Source of the DNA: an uncultured Enterobacteriaceae bacterium
Lineage (GTDB): Bacteria > Pseudomonadota > Gammaproteobacteria > Burkholderiales > UBA3065
Direction of reading: 5' to 3'
DNA length: 64,000 bases
Assembly (NCBI GenBank): GCA_964524005.1
Contig: CAZGBK010000005.1
Span: 5,615 to 69,614 of the forward strand
The notes beneath the pieces were generated by a model. It saw only the letters and a program-made list of their open reading frames with translations. It made no database searches and was not told where the DNA came from. This document shows, one piece after another, positions 1 through 12,460 of the stretch. Each line of letters opens with the position of its first letter. The stretch's first letter is position 1. The position numbers and the translations under genes are program-made.

Positions 1-42
1 GAGCGCGCCGCCGAGCTTGGCGCCCTGTTCGGAAAGGATTGA
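1..42 (+). CDS. proC: 3' end of probable pyrroline-5-carboxylate reductase (partial)
   Basis: Frame 1 reads ERAAELGALFGKD-stop, resembling a ProC C-terminus; proC-yggT adjacency is common. Only 13 codons visible. Confidence 0.55.
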   Translation, partial: ERAAELGALFGKD

Positions 43-44
43 CC

Positions 45-620
45 ATGCCCACATCCTCGATGCCTGGCCAGATCGGCGTGTTCCTTGTCGACGCCCTGCT
101 CGGCCTGTTCGTCCTCGCCCTGATGCTGCGCTTCATGCTGCAGTGGGTCCGCGCACCGTTTGGCAACCCGGTCGGCCAGCTGCTGTTGGCAGTCACCGAC
201 TGGGTGGTGCATCCGGTGCGCCGCTACGTTCCGCTGTCGGGTCGCAGCGACACCGCCATCCTGGTCATCGCCTGGCTGGCGATGCTGCTGAAGGTCTGGC
301 TGATCGGCGTGCTGACGGTACCGGTGTTCGGCCCGCTGGCGCTGGTCATGGTGGCGCTGCTGGGGGTGATTCGCATCTGGCTGCAGGTGCTGTGGTGGGC
401 CATCCTGATCCACGCGATCCTGAGCTGGGTGGCCCCCCGCAACGCGCTGTCCGGCCTGCTGCACAGCCTGACCGAACCGCTGCTGCACCCGCTGCGCCGC
501 CTGTTGCCAACACCCGGCGGCGTCGACCTGTCGCCACTGGTGGCTCTGCTGGTGGGTCAGGCCCTGTTGGGTATCGTGCTGCCGACCATCGAACACAACC
601 TGATGCGCAGCCTGCTGTAG
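45..620 (+). CDS. yggT: YggT family membrane protein
   Basis: Two YggT repeats (LRFMLQWVRAPFGNPV; LTEPLLHPLRRLLP..GGVDLSPLV); ATG at 45. Confidence 0.9.
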   Translation: MPTSSMPGQIGVFLVDALLGLFVLALMLRFMLQWVRAPFGNPVGQLLLAVTDWVVHPVRRYVPLSGRSDTAILVIAWLAMLLKVWLIGVLTVPVFGPLALVMVALLGVIRIWLQVLWWAILIHAILSWVAPRNALSGLLHSLTEPLLHPLRRLLPTPGGVDLSPLVALLVGQALLGIVLPTIEHNLMRSLL

Positions 621-625
621 CCGCC

Positions 626-2077
626 CTACAGCAACACGATGTCGTATTGCTCCTGGGTGTAGGCGGTCTCGACTTGCAGCGACACCGGCCGCTGCACGAA
701 CGACTCGAGCATCGCCAGGCTGGCCGATTCCTCGTCGAGGAACAGGTCGACCACCTGCTGGCTGGCGACGATGCGGAATTCGCGTGGCTGAAACTGCCGC
801 TGTTCACGCACCACCTCGCGCAGGATCTCGTAGCAGATGGTCTGCGCGGTCTTGATCTCGCCGCGCCCCTGGCAGGTCGGGCATTGCTCGCATAGCACGT
901 GCGCCAGCGACTCGCGGGTGCGCTTGCGGGTGATCTCGACCAGCCCCTGCGCGGTGAAGTCGTTCAGGCCCACGCGCATGCGGTCGCGACTGACCGCGCG
1001 GGTGAGTTCGGCCAACACCGCCTCGCGGTGTGCTCGCTCATCCATGTCGATGAAATCGATGACGATGATGCCGCCAAGGTTGCGCAGCCGCAGCTGACGC
1101 GCGATCGCTTGCGCCGCCTCGAGGTTGGTCTTGAATACCGTCTCGTCGAAGTTCTTGTTGCCGACGAACCCTCCGGTGTTCACGTCGACGGTGGTCAAGG
1201 CTTCGGTCTGGTCGATGATCAGGTAGCCGCCGCTCTTCAGGTCGACGCGCCGCGCCAGCGCACGCTCGATCTCCTCCTCGATGCGATAGAGGTCGAACAG
1301 GGGACGGTCGGCGCTGTAATGCTCAACCTGACCAAGCGCCGCAGGCGTGTAGCGCTCGGCAAACTCGAGCATGCGCTGGTAGGTCTCGCGCGAGTCGACA
1401 ACGATGCGACAGGTCTCGGCCCAGACCATGTCGCGCAGCACCCGCAGCGGCAGGCGCAGGTCCTCGTACAGGGCGGCCACGTCGCTGCCCGCGCTGCGAC
1501 TGTCGATATCACCCCACAGCCGGTGCAGGTAGTCGAGGTCGGCGCGCAGATCGTCATCGGAGGCCGATTCGGCATTGGTGCGAATGATGTAACCGCCGCC
1601 GCGCTCACCCAGCAACGCCTGCAAGCGTTCTTTCTGTGCCTCGCGCTCGGTCTCGTCGATGCGCTGCGACACACCGATGTGCGCTTCGTTCGGGATGAAC
1701 ACCAGAAAGCGTCCGGCCAGGCTTAGTTGCGTCGTCAGGCGTGCGCCCTTGGTGCCGATCGGGTCCTTCAAAACCTGCACAAGCAGCGTGTCGCCCTCGT
1801 GCAGAAGCTGCTCGATCGGCGTCTCGCCAGGCGTCAGCCCGGGCCGGCGGATATCGGCCACATGCAGGAATGCCGCACGGTCCAGGCCGACCTCGATGAA
1901 CGCCGACTGCATGCCCGGCAGCACCCGCTGCACACGGCCGCGGTAGATGTTGCCAACCAGCCCGACGCTGCGGCCGCGCTCGATATGGATCTCTTGCACC
2001 ACGCCGTTGTCGGTCACCGCCACGCGCGTCTCTTGCGGTGTGACGTTGACCAGGATCTCTTCGCGCAGCAGGCCCAC
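626..2077 (-). CDS. rng: Ribonuclease G
   Basis: EILVNVTPQETRVA N-terminus, S1 domain VGNIYRGRV, DVNTG and GGIIVIDFIDM motifs, CPTCQGRG Zn link. Confidence 0.97.
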   Translation of the reverse strand: MGLLREEILVNVTPQETRVAVTDNGVVQEIHIERGRSVGLVGNIYRGRVQRVLPGMQSAFIEVGLDRAAFLHVADIRRPGLTPGETPIEQLLHEGDTLLVQVLKDPIGTKGARLTTQLSLAGRFLVFIPNEAHIGVSQRIDETEREAQKERLQALLGERGGGYIIRTNAESASDDDLRADLDYLHRLWGDIDSRSAGSDVAALYEDLRLPLRVLRDMVWAETCRIVVDSRETYQRMLEFAERYTPAALGQVEHYSADRPLFDLYRIEEEIERALARRVDLKSGGYLIIDQTEALTTVDVNTGGFVGNKNFDETVFKTNLEAAQAIARQLRLRNLGGIIVIDFIDMDERAHREAVLAELTRAVSRDRMRVGLNDFTAQGLVEITRKRTRESLAHVLCEQCPTCQGRGEIKTAQTICYEILREVVREQRQFQPREFRIVASQQVVDLFLDEESASLAMLESFVQRPVSLQVETAYTQEQYDIVLL

Positions 2078-2701
2078 TCAAGACTCCTTCCAGATGCCGA
2101 TGCCGGACTGTGCCAGCAAGTCGGCCGTCTCGAACAGGGGCAGACCCATCACGCCGCTATAACTGCCCTCGAGATGCGCGATGAAGGCTGCCGCCCGTCC
2201 CTGGATGCCGTAAGCACCCGCCTTGTCGAACGGCTCACCGCTGGCCACATAGGCGCGTGCCTCTTCGATCGGCACCTCGCGCAACCGCACCGTACTCACC
2301 GACACGCGCAGATCGACCTGCGGGCCTGCAGGTCCTGGCAAGGCAAGTGCCACCGCGGTGAGGACCTGGTGCGCCCGCCCCGACAGCTGCAACAACATCT
2401 GCTCGGCCTCGGTGGTGTCGGCCGGCTTGCCAAAGATCTGTGCACCCAGCGCCACCGTGGTGTCGGCGCCCAGCACCGGCGCCGGCGACCAGCCGCGCGC
2501 GTCCAGCTCGTCGAGCCCCGCCAAGGCCTTGGCCCGCGCCAGACGTTTGACATAGACCAAGGGCGGCTCGCCGGGCTGGGGCGTCTCGTCGACAGCGCGC
2601 TCGGGCGCCAGTGGCAGCAACTGCGGCTGCAGACCCAGCTGAGCCAACAGCTCGCGCCGGCGAGGGCTGGCCGAGGCCAGGTAGAAGTCGGGGTCGGTCA
2701 T
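2078..2701 (-). CDS. maf: Maf family nucleotide pyrophosphatase (YhdE-like)
   Basis: LASASPRRRELL, GADTTV, DKAGAYGIQG, GSYSGVMGLP; start chosen at ATG 2701. Confidence 0.93.
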   Translation of the reverse strand: MTDPDFYLASASPRRRELLAQLGLQPQLLPLAPERAVDETPQPGEPPLVYVKRLARAKALAGLDELDARGWSPAPVLGADTTVALGAQIFGKPADTTEAEQMLLQLSGRAHQVLTAVALALPGPAGPQVDLRVSVSTVRLREVPIEEARAYVASGEPFDKAGAYGIQGRAAAFIAHLEGSYSGVMGLPLFETADLLAQSGIGIWKES

Positions 2702-2821
2702 CGAACGGAAAGGTCCAAAAAGCACATGGTGATGGCGCTGGTCTTGGCCGCAAGGCAGCGTCGAAAAACCCTGTCGCACAGCGCAAGCATGTCGGCGCCA
2801 CGCTGGCAGCTGCGCAAGCGT

Positions 2822-3292
2822 CTAGTCGCGATGATAGGGGTGGCCCTGCAACAGCGAAACCGCGCGATACAGCTGTTCCAGCAAGACCACCCGTGCCAGG
2901 CCATGCGGCAGGGTCATCGGCGACAGCGACAGCAGGAGATCGGCCGACCCGCGCAGGGCATCGTCGTGACCGTCGGGCCCACCCAGCAGGAAGGCCGCCG
3001 ACTCGCCGGCGTCCGCCCAGGCCTGCAGGCGCTGCGCCAGCTCGCGGGTGCTCAGGCCGCGGCCGCGCTCGTCGAGCACGACGCGGTGGGCAGTGGCAGG
3101 CAGCGCCGCCTGCAGGCGTTGCGATTCGGCAGCGCGCAGGCGATCGGTCGGGCGGCCCTCGCTGCGCGGCTCGGCACGCAGGGCACGCAGCTCCAGTGGC
3201 CAATCGCGCGGGAAGCGCCTCAGGTAGTCGTCGCAGCCGTCCTGCATCCAGCCCGGCAAGCGGTCGCCGATGGCAAGTACGGTCAGCTTCAT
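2822..3292 (-). CDS. rlmH: 23S rRNA pseudouridine-1915 N3-methyltransferase
   Basis: MKLTVLAIG, LDERG, GGPDG, LSLSPMTLPH, EQLYRA..GHPYHR. Confidence 0.96.
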   Translation of the reverse strand: MKLTVLAIGDRLPGWMQDGCDDYLRRFPRDWPLELRALRAEPRSEGRPTDRLRAAESQRLQAALPATAHRVVLDERGRGLSTRELAQRLQAWADAGESAAFLLGGPDGHDDALRGSADLLLSLSPMTLPHGLARVVLLEQLYRAVSLLQGHPYHRD

Positions 3293-3320
3293 GGCAACAG
3301 CGGCGCCTTGGCGCCGCAGC

Positions 3321-3707
3321 TCAGTGCGACGCTGCGGAGGCCGGCTCGCTGCCGCCAGCACGCAGGTGACGCGCCACGCGCGAGGCGTCACCGCCCCACA
3401 GCTCGTCGATGTTGTAGTACTCGCGCACCGGGCCCTGCATCACATGCACCACGACATCGCCAAGGTCGATCAGGATCCACTCGCCGGCCTGCTCGCCCTC
3501 GACGCCGATGACTCCGCCGCCGGCCTCGCGCACCTTGTCCTGAACGGCGTTGGCCAGCGCCCGCACCTGACGGTTCGAGGTACCGGTCGCGATCACCATG
3601 TAGTCGGTGAGCGAGGTCATGTGGCGCACCGGCAGCACCGCCAAGTCTTGTGCCTTGATGTCCTCGAGCGCGTCGACGACGATGGCCTTCAGTTGTTCAC
3701 TGTCCAT
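3321..3707 (-). CDS. rsfS: Ribosome silencing factor
   Basis: LEDIKAQD, VIATGTSNRQV, WILIDLGDVVVHVM, REYYNIDELW. Confidence 0.96.
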   Translation of the reverse strand: MDSEQLKAIVVDALEDIKAQDLAVLPVRHMTSLTDYMVIATGTSNRQVRALANAVQDKVREAGGGVIGVEGEQAGEWILIDLGDVVVHVMQGPVREYYNIDELWGGDASRVARHLRAGGSEPASAASH

Positions 3708-4401
3708 GCAGTCCGTGGTGTCCTTGTGTGGCGGCGTCTTTCACCGCGTAGAGCCCTTCCGAGCGAATATAGTCGAGCACCCGATCGGGCAGCAAATAGC
3801 GCGGCGACACCCCCGAACGCAGCTGGCTGCGCAGCAACGAGGCCGAGATGTCCAGGGCCGTCATGGTGTGGATGGCGATGCGCCCACCCGGCGCCCGACG
3901 CAGCGGCTCAAGCCCCACCACCAGCCGCCCGGAGAAATCCTCCCACAGCTCGGCCGGCAGGCTCGATTCCCAAGCCGTCACGGTGTAGCCCGGTCGCTGC
4001 GCGACGACGATGTGACACAGCTCAAGCAACTCGCGCCAGCGGTGCCAGCCGGGCAGCGAGAGGAAGGCGTCGGCGCCCATCATCAGCACCACCGGCGTGC
4101 GCTCGGGCAGGCTGGTGCGCAGCTCGGTCACCGTATCGAAAGAATACGACTGACCAGCGCGACGCAACTCGCGGTCGTCCAGTACAAAGCGCGGGTTACC
4201 GTCGATCGCCAGGCGCACCATCTCGGCCCGCTGGGCGTCGCTGGCCTGCGGCCGGGCGCGGTGCGGCGGCATGCCGGTGGGGATGAAGCGCACCTCGTTC
4301 AGACCCAACAGTCCGGAGACCTCCTCGGCCAGGCGCAGGTGGCCGTGGTGGATCGGGTCGAAGGTGCCGCCGAGGATGCCGACGGGGGTCAAGGTGGCCA
4401 A
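3697..4401 (-). CDS. nadD: Nicotinate-nucleotide adenylyltransferase
   Basis: GGTFDPIHHGH, MGADAF..W, ISAS motifs; nadD-rsfS-rlmH synteny. Confidence 0.96.
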   Translation of the reverse strand: MATLTPVGILGGTFDPIHHGHLRLAEEVSGLLGLNEVRFIPTGMPPHRARPQASDAQRAEMVRLAIDGNPRFVLDDRELRRAGQSYSFDTVTELRTSLPERTPVVLMMGADAFLSLPGWHRWRELLELCHIVVAQRPGYTVTAWESSLPAELWEDFSGRLVVGLEPLRRAPGGRIAIHTMTALDISASLLRSQLRSGVSPRYLLPDRVLDYIRSEGLYAVKDAATQGHHGLHGQ

Positions 4402-4417
4402 GCTGTCCGGCGCCCGT

Positions 4418-5695
4418 TCAGCCGCGTACCTGGCCGTCGCCCAGCACGATCCACTTGAGCGTGGTCAGGCCCTCGAGGCCCACCGGGCCACGGGCATGGA
4501 GCTTGTCGGTGGAGATGCCGATCTCGGCGCCGAGGCCGTACTCGAAGCCGTCGGCGAAGCGCGTCGAGGCATTGACCATCACGCTGGACGAATCGACCTC
4601 GCGCAGGAAACGCCGCGCCCGGGTGTAGTCCTCGGTGACGATGCTGTCGGTGTGCTGGCTGCCGTAGGTGTTGATGTGCTCGATGGCCGCGTCCAGATCG
4701 TCGACGATGCGGATGCTGAGGATGGCGGCCAGGTACTCGGTACGCCAGTCGTCTTCAGTGGCAGCCTTGATGCCCGGCAACAGGGCGCACGTGCGCTCGC
4801 AACCGCGCAGCTCGATGCCTTTTTCCGCATACACGGCGGCCAGGCGCGGCAACACGTTCTGTGCAACGGCGGCGTTCACCAGCAGCGTCTCCATGGTGTT
4901 GCAGGTGCCCAGACGCTGCGTCTTGGCGTTGTCGGCGATGCGCATGGCTTTGTCGATGTCGGCGCCCTCGTCGATATAGACGTGGCAGATGCCGTCCAGG
5001 TGCTTGATCACCGGGATCCGTGCCTCGCGGTCGATGCGCTCGACCAGGCTCTTGCCGCCACGCGGCACGATCACGTCCACGTACTGCTTCATGCTGATGA
5101 GTTCGCCCACTGCGGCGCGGTCGGTGGTCTCGACCACCTGCACCGCTGTCTCTGGCAGGCCGGCCTCGCGCAGGCCCTCGCGGACACAGGCGGCGATGGC
5201 GCGGTTGGCGCGGATCGCCTCGGAGCCGCCGCGCAGGATGCAGGCATTGCCGCTCTTCAGGCAGAGGCCAGCGGCGTCTGCCGTGACGTTGGGCCGCGCC
5301 TCGTAGATGATGCCGATCACACCCAGCGGCACGCGCATGCGGCCGACCTGGATGCCCGACGGCCGGTAGGCGAAGCCGCCCATCTCGCCGACCGGGTCCG
5401 GCAATGCCGCGATCTGCTCCAGCCCGGCAGCCATCGACTCGACACCCTTGGCGGTGAGCGTGAGGCGGTCGATCATCGCAGAATCCAGCCCGGCAGCCTT
5501 GGCCGCGTCGACATCGGCGGTGTTGGCAGCGAGCAGCGCGGTGGCATCGCGGCGGATGGCCGCAGCCATCACGGCGAGCGCGCGGTTCTTGGCGTTGGTA
5601 TCGGCGCGCGCCAAGGCGCGGCTCGCGGTGCGAGCAGCCTGGCCCAGGCCGTGCATGTAGGCAGGGATATCGGCGATGTCGGTCAGCGCGTTCAT
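4418..5695 (-). CDS. proA: Gamma-glutamyl phosphate reductase
   Basis: [54 protein letters not shown]. Confidence 0.97.
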   Translation of the reverse strand: MNALTDIADIPAYMHGLGQAARTASRALARADTNAKNRALAVMAAAIRRDATALLAANTADVDAAKAAGLDSAMIDRLTLTAKGVESMAAGLEQIAALPDPVGEMGGFAYRPSGIQVGRMRVPLGVIGIIYEARPNVTADAAGLCLKSGNACILRGGSEAIRANRAIAACVREGLREAGLPETAVQVVETTDRAAVGELISMKQYVDVIVPRGGKSLVERIDREARIPVIKHLDGICHVYIDEGADIDKAMRIADNAKTQRLGTCNTMETLLVNAAVAQNVLPRLAAVYAEKGIELRGCERTCALLPGIKAATEDDWRTEYLAAILSIRIVDDLDAAIEHINTYGSQHTDSIVTEDYTRARRFLREVDSSSVMVNASTRFADGFEYGLGAEIGISTDKLHARGPVGLEGLTTLKWIVLGDGQVRG

Positions 5696-5740
5696 GAGGG
5701 CTAAGTCTCGCATGTGCTGCCGGCACAGGCCAGCCGAGAA

Positions 5741-6460
5741 CTACCTGGCGCGGGCGGCCTGCTGCAGGCGCGCCAGTTCGCCGATGCCGTGCTCGGCCAG
5801 GTCCATCAGCTGGCGCAGCTCGTCGCGGCTGAAGGCATTGCCCTCGGCGGTGCCCTGCACCTCGATGATGCCGCCGCCGCCCGTCATGACGATGTTCATG
5901 TCGGTGTCGCAGGCCGAATCCTCGGGGTAGTCGAGGTCGAGGATCGCCTGCCCTTGGTAGATGCCGACCGACACCGCGGCGACGCTGTCACGCACCGGGC
6001 TGGCAGCGAGCAAGCCCTTGCCGACCAGCCAGTCAGCGGCGTCGGCCAGCGCCACCCAGGCACCGGTAATAGCTGCGGTGCGGGTGCCGCCGTCGGCCTG
6101 CAGGACGTCGCAATCGATATGAATGGTGCGCTCGCCCAGCCGAGCCATGTCGGTCACCGCGCGCAGGCTGCGGCCGATCAGGCGCTGGATCTCTTGGGTG
6201 CGGCCGCTCTGTTTGCCCCGTGCCGCCTCGCGGTCGCCGCGGGTGTGGGTGGCGCGGGGCAGCATGCCGTACTCGGCTGTCACCCAGCCCTGGCCCTTGC
6301 CGCGCAGAAACCCCGGGACCCGGTCCTCGACGCTGGCGGTGCAGAGCACCCGCGTGTCGCCGAACTCGACCAACACCGAGCCCTCCGGATGACGGGTGAA
6401 CTGGCGGGTGAAGCGCACCGGGCGCAGTTGGTCGGGCCGACGGCCGTTGTCTCGCAGCAT
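5741..6460 (-). CDS. rph: Ribonuclease PH
   Basis: [44 protein letters not shown]; start ATG 6460. Confidence 0.97.
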   Translation of the reverse strand: MLRDNGRRPDQLRPVRFTRQFTRHPEGSVLVEFGDTRVLCTASVEDRVPGFLRGKGQGWVTAEYGMLPRATHTRGDREAARGKQSGRTQEIQRLIGRSLRAVTDMARLGERTIHIDCDVLQADGGTRTAAITGAWVALADAADWLVGKGLLAASPVRDSVAAVSVGIYQGQAILDLDYPEDSACDTDMNIVMTGGGGIIEVQGTAEGNAFSRDELRQLMDLAEHGIGELARLQQAARAR

Positions 6461-6579
6461 GGGTGAGCTCTTGCGCAAAACGCGCGAGTATACCGCCCCT
6501 GCCTGACGCCCAGCCTGACTACAATCCACAGATGCGCCCCGCATGCTTTGGGCACCCCGCAACCGACAGGCCGCCGACC

Positions 6580-7926
6580 ATGAACCGCCCAGCGCGCCCG
6601 CCCGCTTCCACAACCGCCAGCACCGACCTGGCACACCGCTCGCTGGCAGCGGTGTGGCATCCGTGCACGCAGATGAAACTGCACGAAGACGCCCCACCGC
6701 TGGCGATCAGCAGCGGGGAGGGGCCCTGGCTGATCGATGCTGACGGCCGTCGCTACCTGGACGCCATCAGCAGCTGGTGGGTCAACCTGTTCGGCCATGG
6801 CGATGCGCGCATCCGCGCCGCCGTACACGCCCAGCTCGACCAGCTCGAGCATGTGATGCTGGCCGGCTGCACGCACGAGCCGGTGGTGCGCTTGTCGGAG
6901 CGACTGGCAGCGCTGACGGGCCTGGGACACGCCTTCTATGGCTCGGACGGCGCTTCGGCCACCGAAGTCGCCCTGAAGATAAGCGCCCACTACTGGCGAA
7001 ACCGGGGCCAGCCGGACAAGAACAGCTTCATCGCGGTGACCGGCAGTTACCACGGCGAGACGCTGGGCGCGCTGGCGGTGACCGACATCGCACTGTTCCG
7101 CAGCACCTACGAGCCGCTGCTGCGCCGCCAGAGCGTGGTCCCCAGCCCCGACTGGCGCCTGGCCCCGGCCGGCGACGACGCGTTGGCGTTCGCCCGTCGG
7201 CAGGCGCTGGGGCTCGAGGCCTACCTGGCCGAACACCACCGCAGCGTCGCCGCGCTGATCATCGAACCTCTGGTGCAGTGCGCCGGCGGGATGGCCATGT
7301 ACCACCCCGAGTACCTGCGGCAAGCGCGCGAGCTCTGCACGCTGTACGGCGTGCACCTGATCTGCGACGAGATCGCGGTGGGCTTCGGCCGCACCGGCAG
7401 CCTGTTCGCGCATCAGCAGGCTGGCATCCGCCCCGACCTGCTGTGTCTGTCGAAGGCGCTGACCGGCGGCTTCCTGCCGCTGGCGGTCACGCTCGCCACC
7501 GAAGACATCTTCCAGGCCTTCTATCACCATGATCTCAGGCGCGGCTTTCTGCACAGCCACAGCTACACCGGCAACCCGCTGGCCTGTGCCGCCGCCAACG
7601 CCGTGCTCGACCACTTCGAGACGCGCGACGTACTGGCCGACAATGCCGCGCTCGCCGGCCGCCTGAACGACGCTGCACAGACTCTGGCGCAGCACCGCCG
7701 GGTGCGCAACTGGCGCCACCTAGGGATGATCTGGGCGGCCGACATCGACGGCCTGGGCGCGAGCGACGCCAACGCCCGCTTCGCCCAGGCGGCGCTGCGG
7801 CACGGCGCACTGCTGCGGCCGATCGGCGCCACCGTGTACTGGATGCCGCCCTACTGCCTGAGCGACAGCGACCTGCAGCACCTGGCCGATGCCACGCTGG
7901 CGGCGTTGAACGAGGCTCTGCCATGA
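6580..7926 (+). CDS. bioA: Adenosylmethionine-8-amino-7-oxononanoate aminotransferase
   Basis: [45 protein letters not shown] (PLP lysine), [12 protein letters not shown]. Confidence 0.93.
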   Translation: MNRPARPPASTTASTDLAHRSLAAVWHPCTQMKLHEDAPPLAISSGEGPWLIDADGRRYLDAISSWWVNLFGHGDARIRAAVHAQLDQLEHVMLAGCTHEPVVRLSERLAALTGLGHAFYGSDGASATEVALKISAHYWRNRGQPDKNSFIAVTGSYHGETLGALAVTDIALFRSTYEPLLRRQSVVPSPDWRLAPAGDDALAFARRQALGLEAYLAEHHRSVAALIIEPLVQCAGGMAMYHPEYLRQARELCTLYGVHLICDEIAVGFGRTGSLFAHQQAGIRPDLLCLSKALTGGFLPLAVTLATEDIFQAFYHHDLRRGFLHSHSYTGNPLACAAANAVLDHFETRDVLADNAALAGRLNDAAQTLAQHRRVRNWRHLGMIWAADIDGLGASDANARFAQAALRHGALLRPIGATVYWMPPYCLSDSDLQHLADATLAALNEALP

Positions 7927-7956
7927 GCGGGGACCGCTGATGAGCCGGGAGTCCGC

Positions 7957-9405
7957 GTGAGGCTGACACTCAGCCAAGCACTCGGCGCCGTGCTGTCGGT
8001 CTTGGCCGTGGGCAGCGCCGCCGCCGACAGCGGCCAGGGTCTGCCGCCCGACTACGCCGCAGCGCTGGAGCGCGCCGGGGTGCGGGCCGAGCAGATCAGC
8101 GTCTGGTTCGGCGAAGCCGACAGCACCGAAGCCCGCTTCCACTGGTTGCCCGAAGTTCCCCGCAACCCGGCCTCGGTGCTGAAACTGGTCACTAGCGCGC
8201 AGGCGCTGGATCAGCTCGGCCCCGACCACCGCTGGCAGACGCGCGTGCTGGCCGAGGGCACCGTTCGCAACGGCCATCTCGACGGTCACTTGCTGCTCGA
8301 GGCCAGCGGCGACCCACGCCTGCGGCTGGACGACCTGCGCGAGCTGTTCGGCCAGGTGCTCGCCAGCGGCATCCGCAGCGTCGGCGGCGGCCTGCTGATC
8401 GACCGCAGCCGCTTCGACCTGCCACCGCACGACCCGGCTGCCTTCGACGGCCAGGCGCAGCGTGCCTACAACGTGGGCGCCGACGCGCTGCTGCTCAACT
8501 TTGGCGCGCTGGCGGTGCACGCTCGCCCCGACCCGGCCACCGACCGTGTTCAGGCCTGGCTCGAACCGCGCCTGGATGGCGTGCAGCTGGATAACCAGGT
8601 GACGCTGGCCGGCACCAGCTGCAACGGCTGGCGGCTGCGACCACTGCTCGAGCTGAGCCCGGCACGGCCGGCCAGCAGCGACGAACCGGTGGCGGTGCGT
8701 CTGCGCGGCAACATGCCGGCCGACTGCGAGGCCGACAGCATCGACATCGCTCCGCTGACCGGCGACGCCTTCCGTCAGCGCCTGCTGCGCCAGGCTTGGC
8801 GGGAAGCGGGTGGCGTACCCTTGCCGCGCATCGCCGACGGCCGGGCCGGCTACGGCATGCGCGTGGTCGGTAGCTGGCGCTCGCCGCCGCTGGCCGAACT
8901 ACTGCGCGACATCAACCGCTACAGCAACAATGTCATGGCTGAACAGGTCTGGCTGACGCTCAGCGGCAACGCCGCTGGCTGGCCGGCCAGCCGGCAGAAG
9001 GCAGCGACAACCACCCGAGACTGGCTTCAGGCGATCGGCGCCTGGGACGACGACAGCGTCATCGACAGCGGATCGGGGCTGTCGCGGCGCACCCGTGTCA
9101 GTGCCGAGCAGCTGCACACTGTGTTGCGGCACATGGCGCGCTCACCGCTGTTCCCGGAGTTCGCGGCGTCGCTGCCAATGGCCGGGGGTGAAGGCACCGC
9201 GCGGCACATCGGCGCCAGCGCCCATGCTCGGCTAAAGACCGGCAGCCTCGACGGTGTGCGTGCCGCAGCCGGCTATGTGCGCGATGGGCAAGGCCGCTGG
9301 CTGAGCCTGGTGGTCGTTATCGAAGATGCGCCAGCTGCTGGTTGGCGCGGCCTGCTGGCCTGGCTGATCGACTGGGCCGCGGCGACCGACGGGCCGGTGC
9401 CTTAG
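7957..9405 (+). CDS. dacB: D-alanyl-D-alanine carboxypeptidase/endopeptidase PBP4 (S13)
   Basis: Signal peptide; PASVLK (SxxK), [14 protein letters not shown] motifs. Confidence 0.92.
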   Translation: MRLTLSQALGAVLSVLAVGSAAADSGQGLPPDYAAALERAGVRAEQISVWFGEADSTEARFHWLPEVPRNPASVLKLVTSAQALDQLGPDHRWQTRVLAEGTVRNGHLDGHLLLEASGDPRLRLDDLRELFGQVLASGIRSVGGGLLIDRSRFDLPPHDPAAFDGQAQRAYNVGADALLLNFGALAVHARPDPATDRVQAWLEPRLDGVQLDNQVTLAGTSCNGWRLRPLLELSPARPASSDEPVAVRLRGNMPADCEADSIDIAPLTGDAFRQRLLRQAWREAGGVPLPRIADGRAGYGMRVVGSWRSPPLAELLRDINRYSNNVMAEQVWLTLSGNAAGWPASRQKAATTTRDWLQAIGAWDDDSVIDSGSGLSRRTRVSAEQLHTVLRHMARSPLFPEFAASLPMAGGEGTARHIGASAHARLKTGSLDGVRAAAGYVRDGQGRWLSLVVVIEDAPAAGWRGLLAWLIDWAAATDGPVP

Positions 9406-10208
9406 GCTGACCCGCGCGCCGACACGCGGCTGCGCTGCCACAACCACCCCGCCACCAGCAGCATCGGCAGACACAGCCACTGGCCCATGGTCAGCCCCAG
9501 GCCCAGCAGCCCCAAGTGGGCATCCGGCTCGCGGGCGAACTCGACGGTGAAGCGCGCGACGCCATAGCCGGCCAGGAACAGCGCCGACACCTGCCCGACA
9601 GGCCGCTGTCGCGCCGCGAACCACCACAGCAGCACGAACAGCGCGACGCCCTCAAGCCCAGCCTGGTACAGCTGCGATGGGTGGCGTGGCAGCTGGTCGA
9701 CGAGCGGGAACACCATGCCCCACGCCGACTCGGTCGGACGGCCCCACAACTCGGCATTGATGAAGTTGCCGACCCGCCCCAGCGCCAGCCCCAGCGGCAC
9801 CAGCGGCGCGATCGCGTCGGTAATGGTCAGCCACCGCACGCCGCTGCGCCGCGCCACCCAGGCCATCGCCAGCAGCACACCCAGCAGCCCGCCATGAAAG
9901 CTCATGCCGCCCTGCCAGATGCGCACGATGGCGGCCGGGTCGGCGAGAAAATCGCCCGGCTTGTAGAACAGCGCATAGCCCAGCCGGCCACCCAGCAGCA
10001 CACCGATCACGCCCCAGAACACCAGGTCGTCGAGAAACTGCGGGCTCAAGCCCAGGTCCGGGCGACGCCGCAAGTGGACCCGGCCCAGCCACATCACCTG
10101 CAAGAAGGCCAGCACGTACATCAAACCGTACCAGTGGACGGCGAACGGGCCGAGTTGCAAAGCGACCGGGTCGAAGCCGGGGTGGAGGATCACGGTCTGG
10201 ATAGGCAT
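9402..10208 (-). CDS. lgt: Prolipoprotein diacylglyceryl transferase
   Basis: [42 protein letters not shown]. Confidence 0.96.
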   Translation of the reverse strand: MPIQTVILHPGFDPVALQLGPFAVHWYGLMYVLAFLQVMWLGRVHLRRRPDLGLSPQFLDDLVFWGVIGVLLGGRLGYALFYKPGDFLADPAAIVRIWQGGMSFHGGLLGVLLAMAWVARRSGVRWLTITDAIAPLVPLGLALGRVGNFINAELWGRPTESAWGMVFPLVDQLPRHPSQLYQAGLEGVALFVLLWWFAARQRPVGQVSALFLAGYGVARFTVEFAREPDAHLGLLGLGLTMGQWLCLPMLLVAGWLWQRSRVSARGSA

Positions 10209-10380
10209 GAAGTCGGGTGCGGCCGGTTTAAGATGTGCGCCGATTCTAAAGCCAGCCGCGGCCTTGCGCCCGAGCCGGCGCTCTAGCTGGCGTCGGATAT
10301 CGAACCAGATCCGTCGCAGAGCCAGAACCGGACCCGGCCGCTGTGCCACAGCCCACCACGACATCTCCATGGAGACTCAT

Positions 10381-10797
10381 ATGAAGCAACGCCCTGCCCT
10401 GACCCTCGACGACGCACAGACGATCGGTGCCGCCGCCCTGTCCCACGCCCGCAGCAACAGCTGGAACGTGTCGATCGCCATCTGCGACGATGGCGGCCAT
10501 CTGCTGTGGTTCGCCCGCATGGACGGCGCACCGCCGATGAGCGCGCAGATCGCCCCCGGCAAAGCCGACTGCGCCGCGCGCTCGCGCAAAGCCAGCGGCG
10601 TACTCGAGAAGGTCATCAACGAGGGCCGTACGGCCGCGTTGAAGATGCCGGTGCTGGCGCTGGAAGGCGGTGAGATGATCGTTGTCGATGGCGTCTGTGT
10701 CGGTGCAGTCGGGGTCTCGGGCGTCCGCTCGGACCAGGATGCCGAGATCGCCCGCACCGGCATCGCTGCGGTTGGCGCAGCAACCCAGTTCGGCTAG
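10381..10797 (+). CDS. GlcG/HbpS family heme-binding protein
   Basis: VSIAICDDGGHL..RMDGA, GAVGVSG..SDQDAEIA; GGAG RBS upstream of ATG 10381. Confidence 0.88.
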   Translation: MKQRPALTLDDAQTIGAAALSHARSNSWNVSIAICDDGGHLLWFARMDGAPPMSAQIAPGKADCAARSRKASGVLEKVINEGRTAALKMPVLALEGGEMIVVDGVCVGAVGVSGVRSDQDAEIARTGIAAVGAATQFG

Positions 10798-10909
10798 GTG
10801 CCACCCGCGCGAGGCGCCTGCTGCAACGCCGCGAGGCTTGTCCTGGACACTCTGGAATTCGTCCAATAGTTCAAGGACATGTGGGCGCTTCATCGATTTG
10901 TCATACCCG

Positions 10910-10938
10910 TTGTGCAGTGCCCGCCGCGTCTGTATGCT
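10910..10938 (+). promoter_or_regulatory. Candidate sigma70 promoter of pnt operon
   Basis: TTGTGC-17 bp-TATGCT about 95 bp upstream of pntA. Confidence 0.45.
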
Positions 10939-11033
10939 CTCGCCCTTCGCCGGCGGGTCTCCGCCGCAGATGCCACCGTGGCGTCGGCAGCCCTTGGCCG
11001 GGCCCGCCCGACCGCCCACCCCTGGGAGATACC

Positions 11034-12155
<1,122 letters not shown>

Positions 12156-12166
12156 AGGAGCCCCAC

Positions 12167-12460
12167 ATGGAAGGCTTTCTGTACCTGTATGTCTTCATGC
12201 TCGCCGCCTTCACCGGCTACGAGGTGATCTCGCGTGTGCCGGTGATCCTGCACACCCCGCTGATGTCGGGCTCCAACTTTATCCACGGTGTGGTGTTGGT
12301 CGGTGCCATGGTGGCGCTCGGCCAGGCCGACCCGGAAGACCCGGTGCAGCTGGCGATCGGCTTCTTCGCCGTCTTGCTGGGTGCGGCCAACGCCGCCGGT
12401 GGCTACGTCGTGACCGAACGCATGTTGGCCATGTTCAAGTCGAAGAAGGGGGGCGCGTAA
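12167..12460 (+). CDS. NAD(P) transhydrogenase subunit alpha part 2
   Basis: LHTPLMSGSNFIHG, GGYVVTERMLAMF. Confidence 0.95.
   Translation: MEGFLYLYVFMLAAFTGYEVISRVPVILHTPLMSGSNFIHGVVLVGAMVALGQADPEDPVQLAIGFFAVLLGAANAAGGYVVTERMLAMFKSKKGGA

Noticed and set aside
10887-10904. Pho-box-like repeat GCTTCAT-CGAT-TTGTCAT before pntA
   Set aside because: One degenerate half-site and no supporting context; could be chance.
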